Positions 54,520 through 63,931 of a stretch of 64,000 nucleotides of DNA are shown piece by piece; the stretch's first letter is position 1, and each line of letters begins with the position of its first letter. A model generated the notes under the pieces. The model saw only the letters and a program-made list of their open reading frames with translations. It was not told the DNA's origin and did no database searches. The DNA comes from Actinomycetota bacterium. Lineage in GTDB: Bacteria > Actinomycetota > UBA4738 > JACQTL01. The translations under genes were made by a program, and so were the position numbers. The stretch spans positions 2,042-66,041 of the forward strand of contig DASWED010000089.1 in the NCBI GenBank assembly GCA_036394995.1. Direction: 5' to 3'.

Positions 54520-55650
54520 ATGTCCGAGCCGGCCGCTATCATGCGCCCCGACATGGGGACCCCGTTCGGCGACCGACTCCTGGGCTCGATCCGTGCCACG
54601 GAGCGGGCCGGGCTCGACGCCCTCCTCGTGACCCCCTCGGCCGACCTCATCTACCTGTGCGGCTACGACGCCCCGCCGTTCGAGCGGCTGACCTGCCTGG
54701 TGCTCCGCCCCGGCGCCGACCCCGTACTGCTGGTTCCCGAGCTGGAACGACCCCGGGCCACGGCCTCTCCGGCCGGCGAACGGATCGAGCTCGCCGCCTG
54801 GCGCGACGGCGACGACCCCTACGCGGCGCTCGCGGCGCTCCTCCCGCGAACGGCCAGGATCGCCGTCACCGACACCGCATGGGCGGTCCACCTGCTGGGG
54901 TTCCAGCGGGCCGTGCCGGGGGCGGAATGGAGCGCGGGGAGCTCGGTGGTCTCGTCGCTCCGCGTGCGCAAGGACCCCCAGGAGCTGGAGCTCCTGTCGC
55001 GGGCCGCGCGCGGCGCAGACGAGGCCTTCCGCCGGCTCTGCGACCAGCGGATGGACGGGCTCCGGGAGGAGGAGGTGGCCGCGTCCCTGGACTCCCTGCT
55101 CCGGCAGTTCGGCCACGACACGGTGGAGTTCACGATCGTCGCCTCGGGCCCGAACGGGGCGTCGCCGCACCACGAACCCGGCGCCAGGCCGATCCGGGCC
55201 GGCGAGGGCGTCGTCCTCGACTTCGGCGGCACCGTCGGCGGGTACTGCTCGGACATCAGCAGGACCGTGGTGGTGGAGCGGCCCCCCCGAGGCTTCTCGC
55301 ACGTATACGACGTCGTGCGGGAGGCCCAGGAGGCGGCGTTTCAGGCGGTGCGTCCGGGCGTCGCCGCGGAGGAGGTCGACGCGGCCGCCCGCGAGATCAT
55401 CGCGATGGCCGGCTACGCCGACCGGTTCGTCCACCGGACCGGCCACGGGATTGGCCTCGAGGTCCACGAGCCCCCGTACCTCGTGAGCGGGAACCGCCAG
55501 GCCCTCGAGCCAGGGATGTGCTTCTCCATCGAACCCGGCATCTACCTCGAGGGCCGGTTCGGGGTCCGGATCGAGGACATCGTCACGGTCACGGAGACCG
55601 GCGCCCAGCGTCTGAATCGAGCCACGCGGGACCTCGAGACCGTGCCCTGA
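54520..55650 (+). CDS. M24-family Xaa-Pro aminopeptidase/dipeptidase
   Basis: Creatinase-like N-domain plus the pita-bread fold with metal ligands (DFGG..., HRTGHGIGLEVHE, EPGIY, RIED). Confidence 0.9.
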   Translation: MSEPAAIMRPDMGTPFGDRLLGSIRATERAGLDALLVTPSADLIYLCGYDAPPFERLTCLVLRPGADPVLLVPELERPRATASPAGERIELAAWRDGDDPYAALAALLPRTARIAVTDTAWAVHLLGFQRAVPGAEWSAGSSVVSSLRVRKDPQELELLSRAARGADEAFRRLCDQRMDGLREEEVAASLDSLLRQFGHDTVEFTIVASGPNGASPHHEPGARPIRAGEGVVLDFGGTVGGYCSDISRTVVVERPPRGFSHVYDVVREAQEAAFQAVRPGVAAEEVDAAAREIIAMAGYADRFVHRTGHGIGLEVHEPPYLVSGNRQALEPGMCFSIEPGIYLEGRFGVRIEDIVTVTETGAQRLNRATRDLETVP

Positions 55651-55813
55651 TCCGGGATGGCGTACCGTCGATCGTGAGGGAGCCCGACCCATCGCCCACC
55701 CGGAGCTTGCCCGCGTCCACCCGCGCCGGATCGCTCGAGGAGTCGTCGTCGGCGATCCCGACCACGGAATTTCGCGCGGCTCCGTCGGTTCCTCCCTACT
55801 CGGCTCGGGTAAA

Positions 55814-55845
55814 CTACCGGTGAGTAACCTACGCTCCGGTAGGTT
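55814..55845. promoter_or_regulatory. Nested inverted repeats upstream of the acyl-CoA dehydrogenase gene (candidate operator)
   Basis: CTACCGG (55814-55820) pairs with CCGGTAG (55836-55842), and AACCTAC-gctccg-GTAGGTT spans 55826-55845. The repeats end 50 nt upstream of ATG 55896, in a locally lower-GC stretch. Confidence 0.3.
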
Positions 55846-55895
55846 GCAGACCGTCCCAGCGACACCCGGCGAGCGACCGGGAGGAGGACACCGCG

Positions 55896-57080
55896 ATGCC
55901 GCTGCTGAACATCCCGGAGGAGATCCTCGAGCTGCGGAGCACGCTGCGCGACTTCGTCGAGCGCGAGGTCCGCCCCCTCGAGGACTCCCACCGCCAGGAG
56001 ATCCTCGAAACCGGGACCTTCGAGGCCATCAAGGAGGAGAACCTCAAGCTCCGGAAGCGCTCCGCCGAGCTCGGCTTCTACACGCTTCACATGCCGGAGG
56101 AGGTGGGCGGGGGAGGGCTGTCCTACCTGGGCCAGGTGCTGCTGCACGAGGAGGCCGCCCGGAGCGGCCTGATCCTGCCGCAGATCGAATCCGTCTTCCC
56201 GGTCATCAGCGGGCCCACGCCGATCTACGTCGACTGCACCCCCCAGCAGCGGGAGAAGTACCTCGAGCCCCTCATGCGGGCCGACAAGACGACGTGCTTC
56301 GCGCTCACGGAGCCCGGCGCCGGATCCGACGCCACCCGGATCCAGACCAGGGCGGTGAAGGCCGGAGAGGGCGTCTGGCGGATCACCGGGCGCAAGCACT
56401 TCATCACCGGCGGCGCCGAGGCCGAGTTCGCGCTGGTGTTCGCCGTGACGGACGGCGAGAAGCGGGCCCAGGGCGGCATCACCGCGTTCTTCGTGGACGC
56501 CGACAAGCCCGGCTACGAGGTGACCCGGGTCCAGCGGACCATGTCGCCGTTCCAGAACCCGGTGGAGATGACGTTCTCGGACGTCGAGGTCACCGACGCC
56601 GACATCCTGGGCAAGGAGGGGTTCGGGTTCTACTCGGCCGTCCGGGGCATCAACGGCGCCCGGCTCCAGATCGCCGCCAGGGCTCTCGGCTTGGCCCAGT
56701 ACCTCCTGGACCGGTCGATCGAGTACGCGAACGCGCGGACCGCGTTCGGCAAGCCCATCGGCGCGAACCAGTTCGTGCAGGGCATGATCGTGGAGTCCTA
56801 CGCGGAGCTGGAGCAGGCCCGGCTACTGGTCTACCAGCAGGCCGCCGACATCGACGACGGCGCCGACGGCCGCAAGCAGGCCGCGCTGGCGAAGATGGTG
56901 GCCGCGGAGATGGTGGGCAGAGTGGCCGACCGGGCCATCCAGGTCCACGGGGGCAACGGGTTCATGACCGAGCTCGGCCTGGAGGGGTGGTACCGGGACG
57001 TCCGGGCCATGCGCCTGTACGAGGGGACCGGCGAGATCCTCCGGGCCAACGTGGCCAAGACGCTGGGACTGCCTTCGTAG
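55896..57080 (+). CDS. Acyl-CoA dehydrogenase
   Basis: ACAD N, middle and C domains (CFALTEPGAGSD; QVHGGNGFM...RDVRAMRLYEGT). SD GGGAGGAGG. Confidence 0.9.
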   Translation: MPLLNIPEEILELRSTLRDFVEREVRPLEDSHRQEILETGTFEAIKEENLKLRKRSAELGFYTLHMPEEVGGGGLSYLGQVLLHEEAARSGLILPQIESVFPVISGPTPIYVDCTPQQREKYLEPLMRADKTTCFALTEPGAGSDATRIQTRAVKAGEGVWRITGRKHFITGGAEAEFALVFAVTDGEKRAQGGITAFFVDADKPGYEVTRVQRTMSPFQNPVEMTFSDVEVTDADILGKEGFGFYSAVRGINGARLQIAARALGLAQYLLDRSIEYANARTAFGKPIGANQFVQGMIVESYAELEQARLLVYQQAADIDDGADGRKQAALAKMVAAEMVGRVADRAIQVHGGNGFMTELGLEGWYRDVRAMRLYEGTGEILRANVAKTLGLPS

Positions 57081-57098
57081 ATTCGGCGACGGACCCGG

Positions 57099-57632
57099 CT
57101 ACGAGACGGCCGCGCAGGCCTCCGGTGCGTCGGGGATGCCCGTCGGGGCATCGGGGACGGGGAGCCGGTTCGCCGGGAACCCCGCCACCCGCCACGAACC
57201 ACCCTCCCGGACCATCTGCCATCTCACGTTCGCCAGCGCGGCGCCGGAGCCGAGCTCCCGGACCTCGACCCGGGCGAACCGGGCGGGGGGCTCCCCGCAT
57301 CCGGTGACGGTCTCGATCTGGACGCCGGTGGGGAGGTCCTTCAGGCCCCGCACGGCCCGGCAGAACCGGTCGTGCGTGAGCTCCGACCGGACCGGCCGGG
57401 ACAGCAGGTGGTAGGCCCCGTCGCAGTCGCGGTCCGAGACCGCCTCGTAGTAGTCCCGGACCACCTGGCCCGGCCCGGTGGTCTTCTTGAAGAGCACGAA
57501 GATCAGGACGCTCACCGCGGCCACCGCGACGGCCAGCGAGATGGCCATCGCGGTGATGGGGATCGACGCCCGGGGACGATCGTCCCGTCCCTCTTCGTCG
57601 CCCTCGGTCCGCTCCGGTCCGTCCGCCTCCAT
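57099..57632 (-). CDS. Membrane-anchored hypothetical protein (NTF2/SnoaL-like ectodomain suspected)
   Basis: Acidic N-terminus, a TM segment (AISLAVAVAAVSVLIFVLF), then VVRDYYEAVSDRDCDGAYHLLS. Confidence 0.6.
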   Translation of the reverse strand: MEADGPERTEGDEEGRDDRPRASIPITAMAISLAVAVAAVSVLIFVLFKKTTGPGQVVRDYYEAVSDRDCDGAYHLLSRPVRSELTHDRFCRAVRGLKDLPTGVQIETVTGCGEPPARFARVEVRELGSGAALANVRWQMVREGGSWRVAGFPANRLPVPDAPTGIPDAPEACAAVS

Positions 57633-57679
57633 GGCAGGGCGAAGGGTACCGCGGAGCGGAGCAGGTACGATGCCGGACC

Positions 57680-58660
57680 ATGAGGGTCGCGGCGTTCGTG
57701 GACGCCGGACGGTCGCTGGACGCGGGCGTCGAGCGGGTCCGGCTGGCCGAGTCCCTGGGATACGACAGCGTGTGGGTGACCCACATCGCGGCGCGGGAGC
57801 CGATGCAGGTCCTGGGGCACTACGCGCGGGCCACCGAGCGGATCGGACTCGGCACCGGCGTCGTGACCATGGCCGTCCGCCATCCGGCCCTGTTGGGCCA
57901 GGAGGCCGCCACGCTCGACGAGATCTCGGATGGCCGGTTCCGCCTGGGGATCGGGGTCAGCCACAGGCTCACGATCGAGGGGTGGTACGGGCTCGAGATC
58001 GACGACCCCGTGGGCCGGATCGTGGAGTACACGAAGATCCTGCGGATGCTGTTCACCACCGACGGCGGGACGTTCGAGGGAAAGCACTACACGTCGCGGT
58101 TCGGGTTCCTGGGCTACGGCGCCCGGAAGGACCTCCCGATCCTGTGGGCGGCCATGGGGCCGAAGATGCTACGGGCCGCGGCCGAGCACGCCGACGGCAT
58201 CGTGCTGTGGATGTGCTCGCCGTCGCACATCCGGCGGACCATCAGGCCGGCGCTGGATCGGGCCCTGGCCGAGGTGGGACGCTCGCCGGAGACGTTCGAG
58301 GTGGTGGCCGCGGTGCCGGCGTCGGTCACGGACAATCCCGACGCCGGCCGGGACGCGTTCCGGTCCCAGGCCCTCCCGTACCTCAGCCTGCCGAACTACC
58401 GCAAGGAGATCGAACAGGCCCATCCCGAGGTCCTGGCCTCGTTCGACGAGCGAATGAAGGCCGGCGACATGGCGGCGGCCCTGGCCGCGCTCGGGCCGGA
58501 GTTCACCGACGACTACGCCGGCATCGGCGACCCCGACGCCGTCCGGGCCAAGGTGGAGGACTACCGCTCGGCCGGCGTCACGCTCCCGGCGATCGGCCCG
58601 CTGCCCCGGCGCCCGGGCTCTGCGGGAGCGGAGGCCACACTGGAAGCCGCCGCGGGCTGA
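57680..58660 (+). CDS. LLM-class (luciferase-like) flavin/F420-dependent oxidoreductase
   Basis: LGYDSVWVTH..., LDEISDGRFRLGIGVSH, typical of bacterial luciferase-like monooxygenase family TIM barrels. Confidence 0.85.
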   Translation: MRVAAFVDAGRSLDAGVERVRLAESLGYDSVWVTHIAAREPMQVLGHYARATERIGLGTGVVTMAVRHPALLGQEAATLDEISDGRFRLGIGVSHRLTIEGWYGLEIDDPVGRIVEYTKILRMLFTTDGGTFEGKHYTSRFGFLGYGARKDLPILWAAMGPKMLRAAAEHADGIVLWMCSPSHIRRTIRPALDRALAEVGRSPETFEVVAAVPASVTDNPDAGRDAFRSQALPYLSLPNYRKEIEQAHPEVLASFDERMKAGDMAAALAALGPEFTDDYAGIGDPDAVRAKVEDYRSAGVTLPAIGPLPRRPGSAGAEATLEAAAG

Positions 58661-58663
58661 CGC

Positions 58664-59410
58664 TCAGGCCGCGGTGGGGGTGCCGCAGTTGGGGCAGAAC
58701 TTCGGTGTGCCCTCGAGGGTCTGGCCGCAGCCGGTGCAGGCGTTCACGGTGGGGTTCTGCGTCCCGCACTCCGGACAGAACTTGGCCCCGACCTTGACCT
58801 GAGCCCCGCAGCTCTTGCAGGCCATCGTGGCCACAGCGCCGCTTCCGCCCGGCTGCGGAGCCGGGATCGGCGGGGGCTGCGGGGTGGGCGAGGGGGGCGG
58901 CTGGGGCGGCGGGACCGGCGGTGTCTCGGACCGGGCGGCACCCGGGGCCGTCCCGGTTCCAGCCTCGGCCTCCTGCTGCGCGCCCTTGCCGCCGAACAGC
59001 CCGCCCAGCAACCCACCCAGCCCGGCGCCGCCGGCGGCGCCTCCGCCTCCGCCCAGGCCCCCCAACAGGCCCTGGAGCTTCTTCATGCCCTCCTGGGCCT
59101 CCTGGGCCTGACGCTGCTGCTCCTGTTCGGCGAACGCCGCCCGCTCGCCCTTCCGCCGCTCGTAGTCGGGGTCCATCTGGTCGATCTCGAGCTGCCGGGC
59201 CCGCGCACCGATCTCGTCGGCGCCGTACTCGGCGGACTGCTTGATCTCGCCCGCCTGCTCCTGGACGCCGCTGTCCGAGGTCTGGGCGATCACGTTCGCC
59301 ATGTTCGCCGCGATGGACAGCAGCTCCTGGCGGTACCCCTTGAGCTGGGTGAGGTCCTCGGTGTGCTCGGCCAGCTGGGTGATGCGGTCGATGTCTTCCT
59401 GGGTGGCCAT
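58664..59410 (-). CDS. Hypothetical protein: helical N-domain, Gly-rich and Pro-rich linkers, C-terminal double zinc ribbon
   Basis: ATG 59410. C-terminus CKSCG...CPECG...CTGCG...CPNCG (DZR-type). Linker GGLGGGGGAAGGAGLGGLLGGLFGG, then PPVPPPQPPPSPTPQPPPIP. Confidence 0.7.
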   Translation of the reverse strand: MATQEDIDRITQLAEHTEDLTQLKGYRQELLSIAANMANVIAQTSDSGVQEQAGEIKQSAEYGADEIGARARQLEIDQMDPDYERRKGERAAFAEQEQQRQAQEAQEGMKKLQGLLGGLGGGGGAAGGAGLGGLLGGLFGGKGAQQEAEAGTGTAPGAARSETPPVPPPQPPPSPTPQPPPIPAPQPGGSGAVATMACKSCGAQVKVGAKFCPECGTQNPTVNACTGCGQTLEGTPKFCPNCGTPTAA

Positions 59411-59492
59411 GGGCCGGCTCCTCCCGCGTTCGGTCCGGTGAATCGGCATCCTACGGGGGCGGCCCGCCCACGCTCAAGGGTCGGGGCGCGAT

Positions 59493-60890
59493 TCAGGCCC
59501 GGCGGCGGACCCTCGTGCCCTCCGGGGAGTCCATGACCTCGTAGCCCATCGCCGTGAGGCGGTCGCGGATCGCGTCGGAGCGGCCGAAATCCCTGGCGGC
59601 GCGGGCTTCGTCCCGTTCAGCGGCCAGAGCCAGCACGTCCTCGGGCAGCTCGCCGCCCTCGCGGGCCAGGCGGCCGAGGTCGAGCGCCAGCACGTCGTCC
59701 CAGGATGACAGCAGGGCATGCTGCTCGCCGGCCTCCAGGGTCCGGGACCCGGCGGCGAGGGACAGGACCTCCAGGGCTCTCGGCAGGTCGAGGTCATCGG
59801 CCACGGCGTCCCGGAACCGCCGGTCCAGCTCGGCCGCCTCGCCGGTGAGCTCGGGTGGGGGCTCGGCGGTGGCCCACTCGGCCATCCGCTGGCGCAGCCG
59901 GCGGAGCCGCTCCTGCTCGCCCTGCAGCGCCTCCCACGAGAAGTCCATCTCGCTGCGGTACCGGGTCCCGAAGCAGAGCAGCCGGAACGCCAGCGGGTCG
60001 TACCCCTCGTCGGCCAGCTCGGTCACGCGGGTGACGTTCCTCTTCGACTTCGCCATCTTCTGGCCGGACTGCTGCAGGAACCCCCCGTACACCCAGATCG
60101 AGACGACCCGGTGGCCGGTGGCGCCGTCCGACTGGGCCATCTCGTCCTCGTGGTGGGGGAACCGCAGGTCGTTGCCGCCGGTGTGGATGTCGAAGCGCTC
60201 GCCCAGGTACTTCATGGACATGGCCGAGCACTCGATGTGCCATCCGGGGAACCCCTCGCCCCACGGGCTCGGCCACCTCATCAGGCGAGTGTCGCCTGCC
60301 CGCTTCCACAGCGCGAAGTCCTCGGGGTGGCGCTTCTTCGGGTCGACCTCCAGCTCCTGGCGGTGCCCGGCGCGGAGGGCCGCCAGCGTGTTCCCCGACA
60401 GCTTCCCGTAGTCGGGGAACGCGTGGACGTCGAAGTACACGTTGCCCCCGACCTCGTAGGCCAGGCCCCGGTCAACGAGGCGCTGCGTGAGCTCGATCAT
60501 CTCCGGGATGTGGTCCGTGGCCCTCGGGTAGTGGTCGGCGCGCTCGATGTTCAGCGCGTCGAGGTCCTCCAGGAACGCCGCGGTGTACTTCGCGGCGATC
60601 TCCTGGGGCGGGAGGCCCTCGTCGGCGATGGCGATGTCCATGCGGTCGCGGGCGGCCTGGCCGATGTCGTCCGTCATGTGACCGACGTCCGTGATGTTCA
60701 TGACCTGGACGACGTCCTGTCCCTCGAACCGCAACCCCCGCCGGATGAGGTCCCCGAGCATGAACGTTCGCATGTTCCCGACGTGGGCGTAGCGATACAC
60801 GGTCGGGCCGCAGGAATAGATCTTCGCGGTCCGCCCGTCGGCGGGCTTGACCTCCTCGACCTGCCGGCTGAGCGCGTTGTACAGGCGCAT
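59493..60890 (-). CDS. cysS: Cysteine-tRNA ligase
   Basis: ATG 60890. HIGH-type HVGN, KMAKS (KMSKS) loop, and a C-terminal DALR/anticodon-binding tail. It is 465 aa long, which argues for CysS rather than the shorter MshC. Confidence 0.9.
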   Translation of the reverse strand: MRLYNALSRQVEEVKPADGRTAKIYSCGPTVYRYAHVGNMRTFMLGDLIRRGLRFEGQDVVQVMNITDVGHMTDDIGQAARDRMDIAIADEGLPPQEIAAKYTAAFLEDLDALNIERADHYPRATDHIPEMIELTQRLVDRGLAYEVGGNVYFDVHAFPDYGKLSGNTLAALRAGHRQELEVDPKKRHPEDFALWKRAGDTRLMRWPSPWGEGFPGWHIECSAMSMKYLGERFDIHTGGNDLRFPHHEDEMAQSDGATGHRVVSIWVYGGFLQQSGQKMAKSKRNVTRVTELADEGYDPLAFRLLCFGTRYRSEMDFSWEALQGEQERLRRLRQRMAEWATAEPPPELTGEAAELDRRFRDAVADDLDLPRALEVLSLAAGSRTLEAGEQHALLSSWDDVLALDLGRLAREGGELPEDVLALAAERDEARAARDFGRSDAIRDRLTAMGYEVMDSPEGTRVRRRA

Positions 60891-60947
60891 CCCGCCGAAC
60901 AGGATACCGGCGGTCCGGGGTCGGGTAGCCTCTCGTCGGTGACGCTC

Positions 60948-62093
60948 ATGGATCGCGACCTCGGCCTGGCGGCGGACCAGCGGGAGCTGGTGGAACTGGC
61001 CCGGCGGTGGGCGGACGAGCGCGCCGCGCCGGTCGCCGCCCGGTTCGAGGAGGAGCACCGGTTCCCCCGCGAGCTGTTCGCGGAGCTGGGCGGGATGGGG
61101 TTCGGCGGGATCCCCTACGACGAGCGGTTCGGGGGCGGGGGGCAGTCATACCTCCTGTACCTGTGCGTGCTGGAGGAGGTGGCCCGGGCCTTCCTGTCGC
61201 TCGGCGTGGGACTGTCCGTCCACCACCTGTGCGCCTTCGGCATCCACCAGTTCGGATCGGATGCCCTGAAGGAGCGGTACCTCCCGGCGCTGTTCGCGGG
61301 GGAGCACCTGGGGGCGTACGGGCTGTCCGAGGCCTCGAGCGGTTCGGACGCGGCCTCCCTCCGGACCCGGGCCGAGCGAGCGAACGGCGGCGGGTACCGG
61401 ATCACCGGGTCGAAGCGGTTCATCTCCCACGCGGGGGAGGCGGAGACGTACCTGGTCATGGCCCGGACCGGCGGGGGCGGTCCCGACGGCATCTCCGCCT
61501 TCGTGGTGGAGAAGGGGTGGCCGGGATTCGAGTTCGGCAGGGTGGAGGCGAAGATGGGGTGGCAGGCGTCGCCCATGCGCGAGCTGCTGTTCGATGGGTG
61601 CGAGGTGCCCGCCGGGAACCTGGTGGGGGAGGAGGGCATCGGTTTCCGGGTGGCCCTGGCCGCGCTCGACGGGGGCCGCCTGGGGATCGCGGCGTGCTCC
61701 ACGGGGCTGGCCCAGGCCGCGCTGGAGGCCGCCGTGGCGTTCGCCCGGGAGCGGTCGCAGTTCGGACGGCCGGTCGTGGAGAACCAGGGCGTGCAGTTCA
61801 TGCTGGCCGACATGGCGGTGGCAGTGGAGGCCTCGCGGCGCCTGTACCGGGAAGCCGCCAGGGCCCGCGACGGTGGCGACCCGTTCTCCACTGCCGCCTC
61901 CATGGCGAAGCTGTTCGCCTCCGACGCGGCGATGCGGGTCACCACCGACGCCGTGCAGCTCCACGGCGGATACGGCTACATGCGCGAATACCCGGTCGAG
62001 CGGTACATGCGGGAGGCCAAGGCCCTCCAGATCGTGGAGGGGACCAATCAGGTCCAGCGCATGATCATCGGCAGGGCCCTGACCCGCGACTGA
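60948..62093 (+). CDS. Acyl-CoA dehydrogenase (short/branched-chain type)
   Basis: GAYGLSEASSGSDAASL, QLHGGYGYMREYPVERYMREAKALQIVEGT. ATG 60948. Confidence 0.9.
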   Translation: MDRDLGLAADQRELVELARRWADERAAPVAARFEEEHRFPRELFAELGGMGFGGIPYDERFGGGGQSYLLYLCVLEEVARAFLSLGVGLSVHHLCAFGIHQFGSDALKERYLPALFAGEHLGAYGLSEASSGSDAASLRTRAERANGGGYRITGSKRFISHAGEAETYLVMARTGGGGPDGISAFVVEKGWPGFEFGRVEAKMGWQASPMRELLFDGCEVPAGNLVGEEGIGFRVALAALDGGRLGIAACSTGLAQAALEAAVAFARERSQFGRPVVENQGVQFMLADMAVAVEASRRLYREAARARDGGDPFSTAASMAKLFASDAAMRVTTDAVQLHGGYGYMREYPVERYMREAKALQIVEGTNQVQRMIIGRALTRD

Positions 62094-62118
62094 CACGCGG
62101 GTCGGCCCCGGCCGGGGT

Positions 62119-62580
62119 TCAACTCCGGGCGGGGACCTCGGCGCGGGTGGGACGGCCCTCGAACGGGATCGACAGCACGACCGTGGTGCGGGTCTGCACC
62201 CCCGCCTTCTCCCGCAGCCGCCGCAGGAGGTCCTCGAGGTCGCCGGTGGTGCGAGTCCGCACCTTCAGCACGTAGTTCTCGTCGCCGGCCACGCTGAGGC
62301 AGTCCTCGATCTCGGGGAACTCGCTGACCCGGTCGGGGAGGTCGTCCGGCTGCTTGGGATCGAGGGGCATCACGCTGATGAGGGCCGTCACGAACATCCC
62401 CAGCGACTCCGGGTCCACCACGGCCCGGTACCCCCGAATGACCCCGGCCTCCTCGAGGCGCCGGACCCGCTGGTGGACCGACGACGCCGAGAGGCCCACC
62501 CGCCGCGCCACGTCGGCGTACGTGGCCCGGGCGTCCTCCTGGAGGGCGGCCACGATCAGGAGATCCCGTTCGTCGAGCAC
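62119..62580 (-). CDS. Lrp/AsnC-family transcriptional regulator
   Basis: GTG 62580. HTH (TYADVARRVGLSASSVHQRVRRLEEAGVIRGY) plus a RAM domain. This is only the 3' part of the 622-aa track ORF. Confidence 0.85.
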   Translation of the reverse strand: MLDERDLLIVAALQEDARATYADVARRVGLSASSVHQRVRRLEEAGVIRGYRAVVDPESLGMFVTALISVMPLDPKQPDDLPDRVSEFPEIEDCLSVAGDENYVLKVRTRTTGDLEDLLRRLREKAGVQTRTTVVLSIPFEGRPTRAEVPARS

Positions 62581-62586
62581 GTCCCC

Positions 62587-62592
62587 ATGATA
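62587..62592 (-). promoter_or_regulatory. Candidate -10 hexamer (TATCAT on the minus strand) giving a leaderless lrp mRNA
   Basis: TATCAT ends 6 nt before GTG 62580, with no SD. Confidence 0.35.
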
Positions 62593-62757
62593 GGCGGGCC
62601 GGGGTGGGGCTCGCGGTCCCCCGGCCGGGGGAGGCAAGCGGGGTCGCGGGGGAACCGGAAATGACGCGAACGCGCCATTGAGCGGAGGCGTCGCCGCGGC
62701 GTAGAAATGTGCCAGCACGGCCCACCCTCCTCCGGGCCGCCGGGAGGAGGTGTGCTC

Positions 62758-63840
62758 GTGGTCTCCATCGCCGACCCCGCCACCGCGGGGCACGTGTCCG
62801 CCGCCGAGCTGGCGACTTCGTGGGGCGAGGTCGCCGCCCACGACCGGGCCCGGTTCGAGGTCCCGGACCCCATCGGCTTCGCCGACGGGGGACCAGGCGG
62901 CTCGACGTGGACCGGGGGCCCGTGGGCCGCCGAGGGACGGATGGCCCGGATGGTCGAGGTCCCCCGCCGCGGCGGCGGGGTCCGGGCCCTGGCGCACCTC
63001 GATCCACTGGTCCACTCGGGGTACCGCGCCCTGGTGTCGCGTGTGGCCCCGTGCGTGGAACGCGCGATGGGGCCGTGGGCCCAGGCCGGCCGGTGCTTGC
63101 ACCCCCGGCCCGCTCGAGGGCTGCGCCTGGAGCCGTGGCGGCTGGCCCGGCAACGGTACCTGCGTCTGGTCCACGACATGGCCCGGCCGGAGGAGCCCCT
63201 GCTCCACGCCGACGTCCGGGATTGCTACGGGAGCATCCGCCCGGGCGCGGTGGCCGAGACGCTCCGGGCCATGGGCGCGGCGGCCGGGGACGTCCGGCGG
63301 ATCGAGGGGCTGTTGGAGCGCCTCGATGCCGACGGCGTCCGGGGGCTCCCCGTGGGACCCGAGCCGTCGGCCGTGCTGGCCAACGCCGTCCTGGCCTCGA
63401 TCGATCGGATTCTCGCCCGGGAGGGGCTGTCGCACGTCAGATGGGTCGACGACGTGGTGATCCTTCCGGGGGCCGATCCGGCGGGCGCCCTCGAGGCCTT
63501 CCGGGCTGGGGCGGCGGCCATGGGCCTGCGCCCGGCCGAGGAGAAGTGCCGGCAGGTGGCCGCGGATCCGGAGCGCCACCGCGTCCCCTCGGGACCTCGG
63601 CTCCTCCGTCCCGCGCGCACGCCCCAGGCGCCCGGATCGTTCGAGGCGAGGGGATCGGTGGAGCTCGAACGAGCCGCGACCGCCGGTGACGAGCCGGACC
63701 CGTTCGTGGCCAGGGGCCTGGTGGCGGCCCTCGCCTCGGTGGCCGCCGGGAGGACGGCAGCGGCCCGGCGGCTGCTGCGCCACATCCGCGGGCGCCACCG
63801 GGAGCTGGCGCCGCTCGCCGCATGGGGACTGTCCAGGTGA
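62758..63840 (+). CDS. Stand-alone reverse transcriptase (RNA-directed DNA polymerase), class unassigned
   Basis: The RT motifs occur in order: VEVPRRGGGVRALAHLDP...YRALV (motifs 1/2), LLHADVRDCYGSI (A), GLPVGPEPSAVLANAVLASID (B), HVRWVDDVVIL (C, nt 63442-63453), MGLRPAEEKCR (D/E). GTG 62758 lies 7 nt after GGGAGGAGG; ATG 62707 is an alternative start. Confidence 0.8.
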   Translation: MVSIADPATAGHVSAAELATSWGEVAAHDRARFEVPDPIGFADGGPGGSTWTGGPWAAEGRMARMVEVPRRGGGVRALAHLDPLVHSGYRALVSRVAPCVERAMGPWAQAGRCLHPRPARGLRLEPWRLARQRYLRLVHDMARPEEPLLHADVRDCYGSIRPGAVAETLRAMGAAAGDVRRIEGLLERLDADGVRGLPVGPEPSAVLANAVLASIDRILAREGLSHVRWVDDVVILPGADPAGALEAFRAGAAAMGLRPAEEKCRQVAADPERHRVPSGPRLLRPARTPQAPGSFEARGSVELERAATAGDEPDPFVARGLVAALASVAAGRTAAARRLLRHIRGRHRELAPLAAWGLSR

Positions 63841-63931
63841 CCGGCGCGGTCCCGTTCGCGGTGCTCCCCCTCGACCGGCCGGCGCAGGGAGCGCCGGGCC
63901 GGGGGTACTCGAGTCATGAGGGGGAGAGACG

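Noticed and set aside
53518-55692. Upstream part of the 942-aa minus-strand ORF, and similar long shadow ORFs (48626..50353, 50918..53479, 12043..13995, 13992..15740, 43939..45525)
   Set aside because: All are antisense or off-frame relative to genes with clear catalytic motifs (DAG-kinase, M24 peptidase, HelY, ligase, beta-helix protein, TatC). Their translations are Arg/Pro/Gly-rich.
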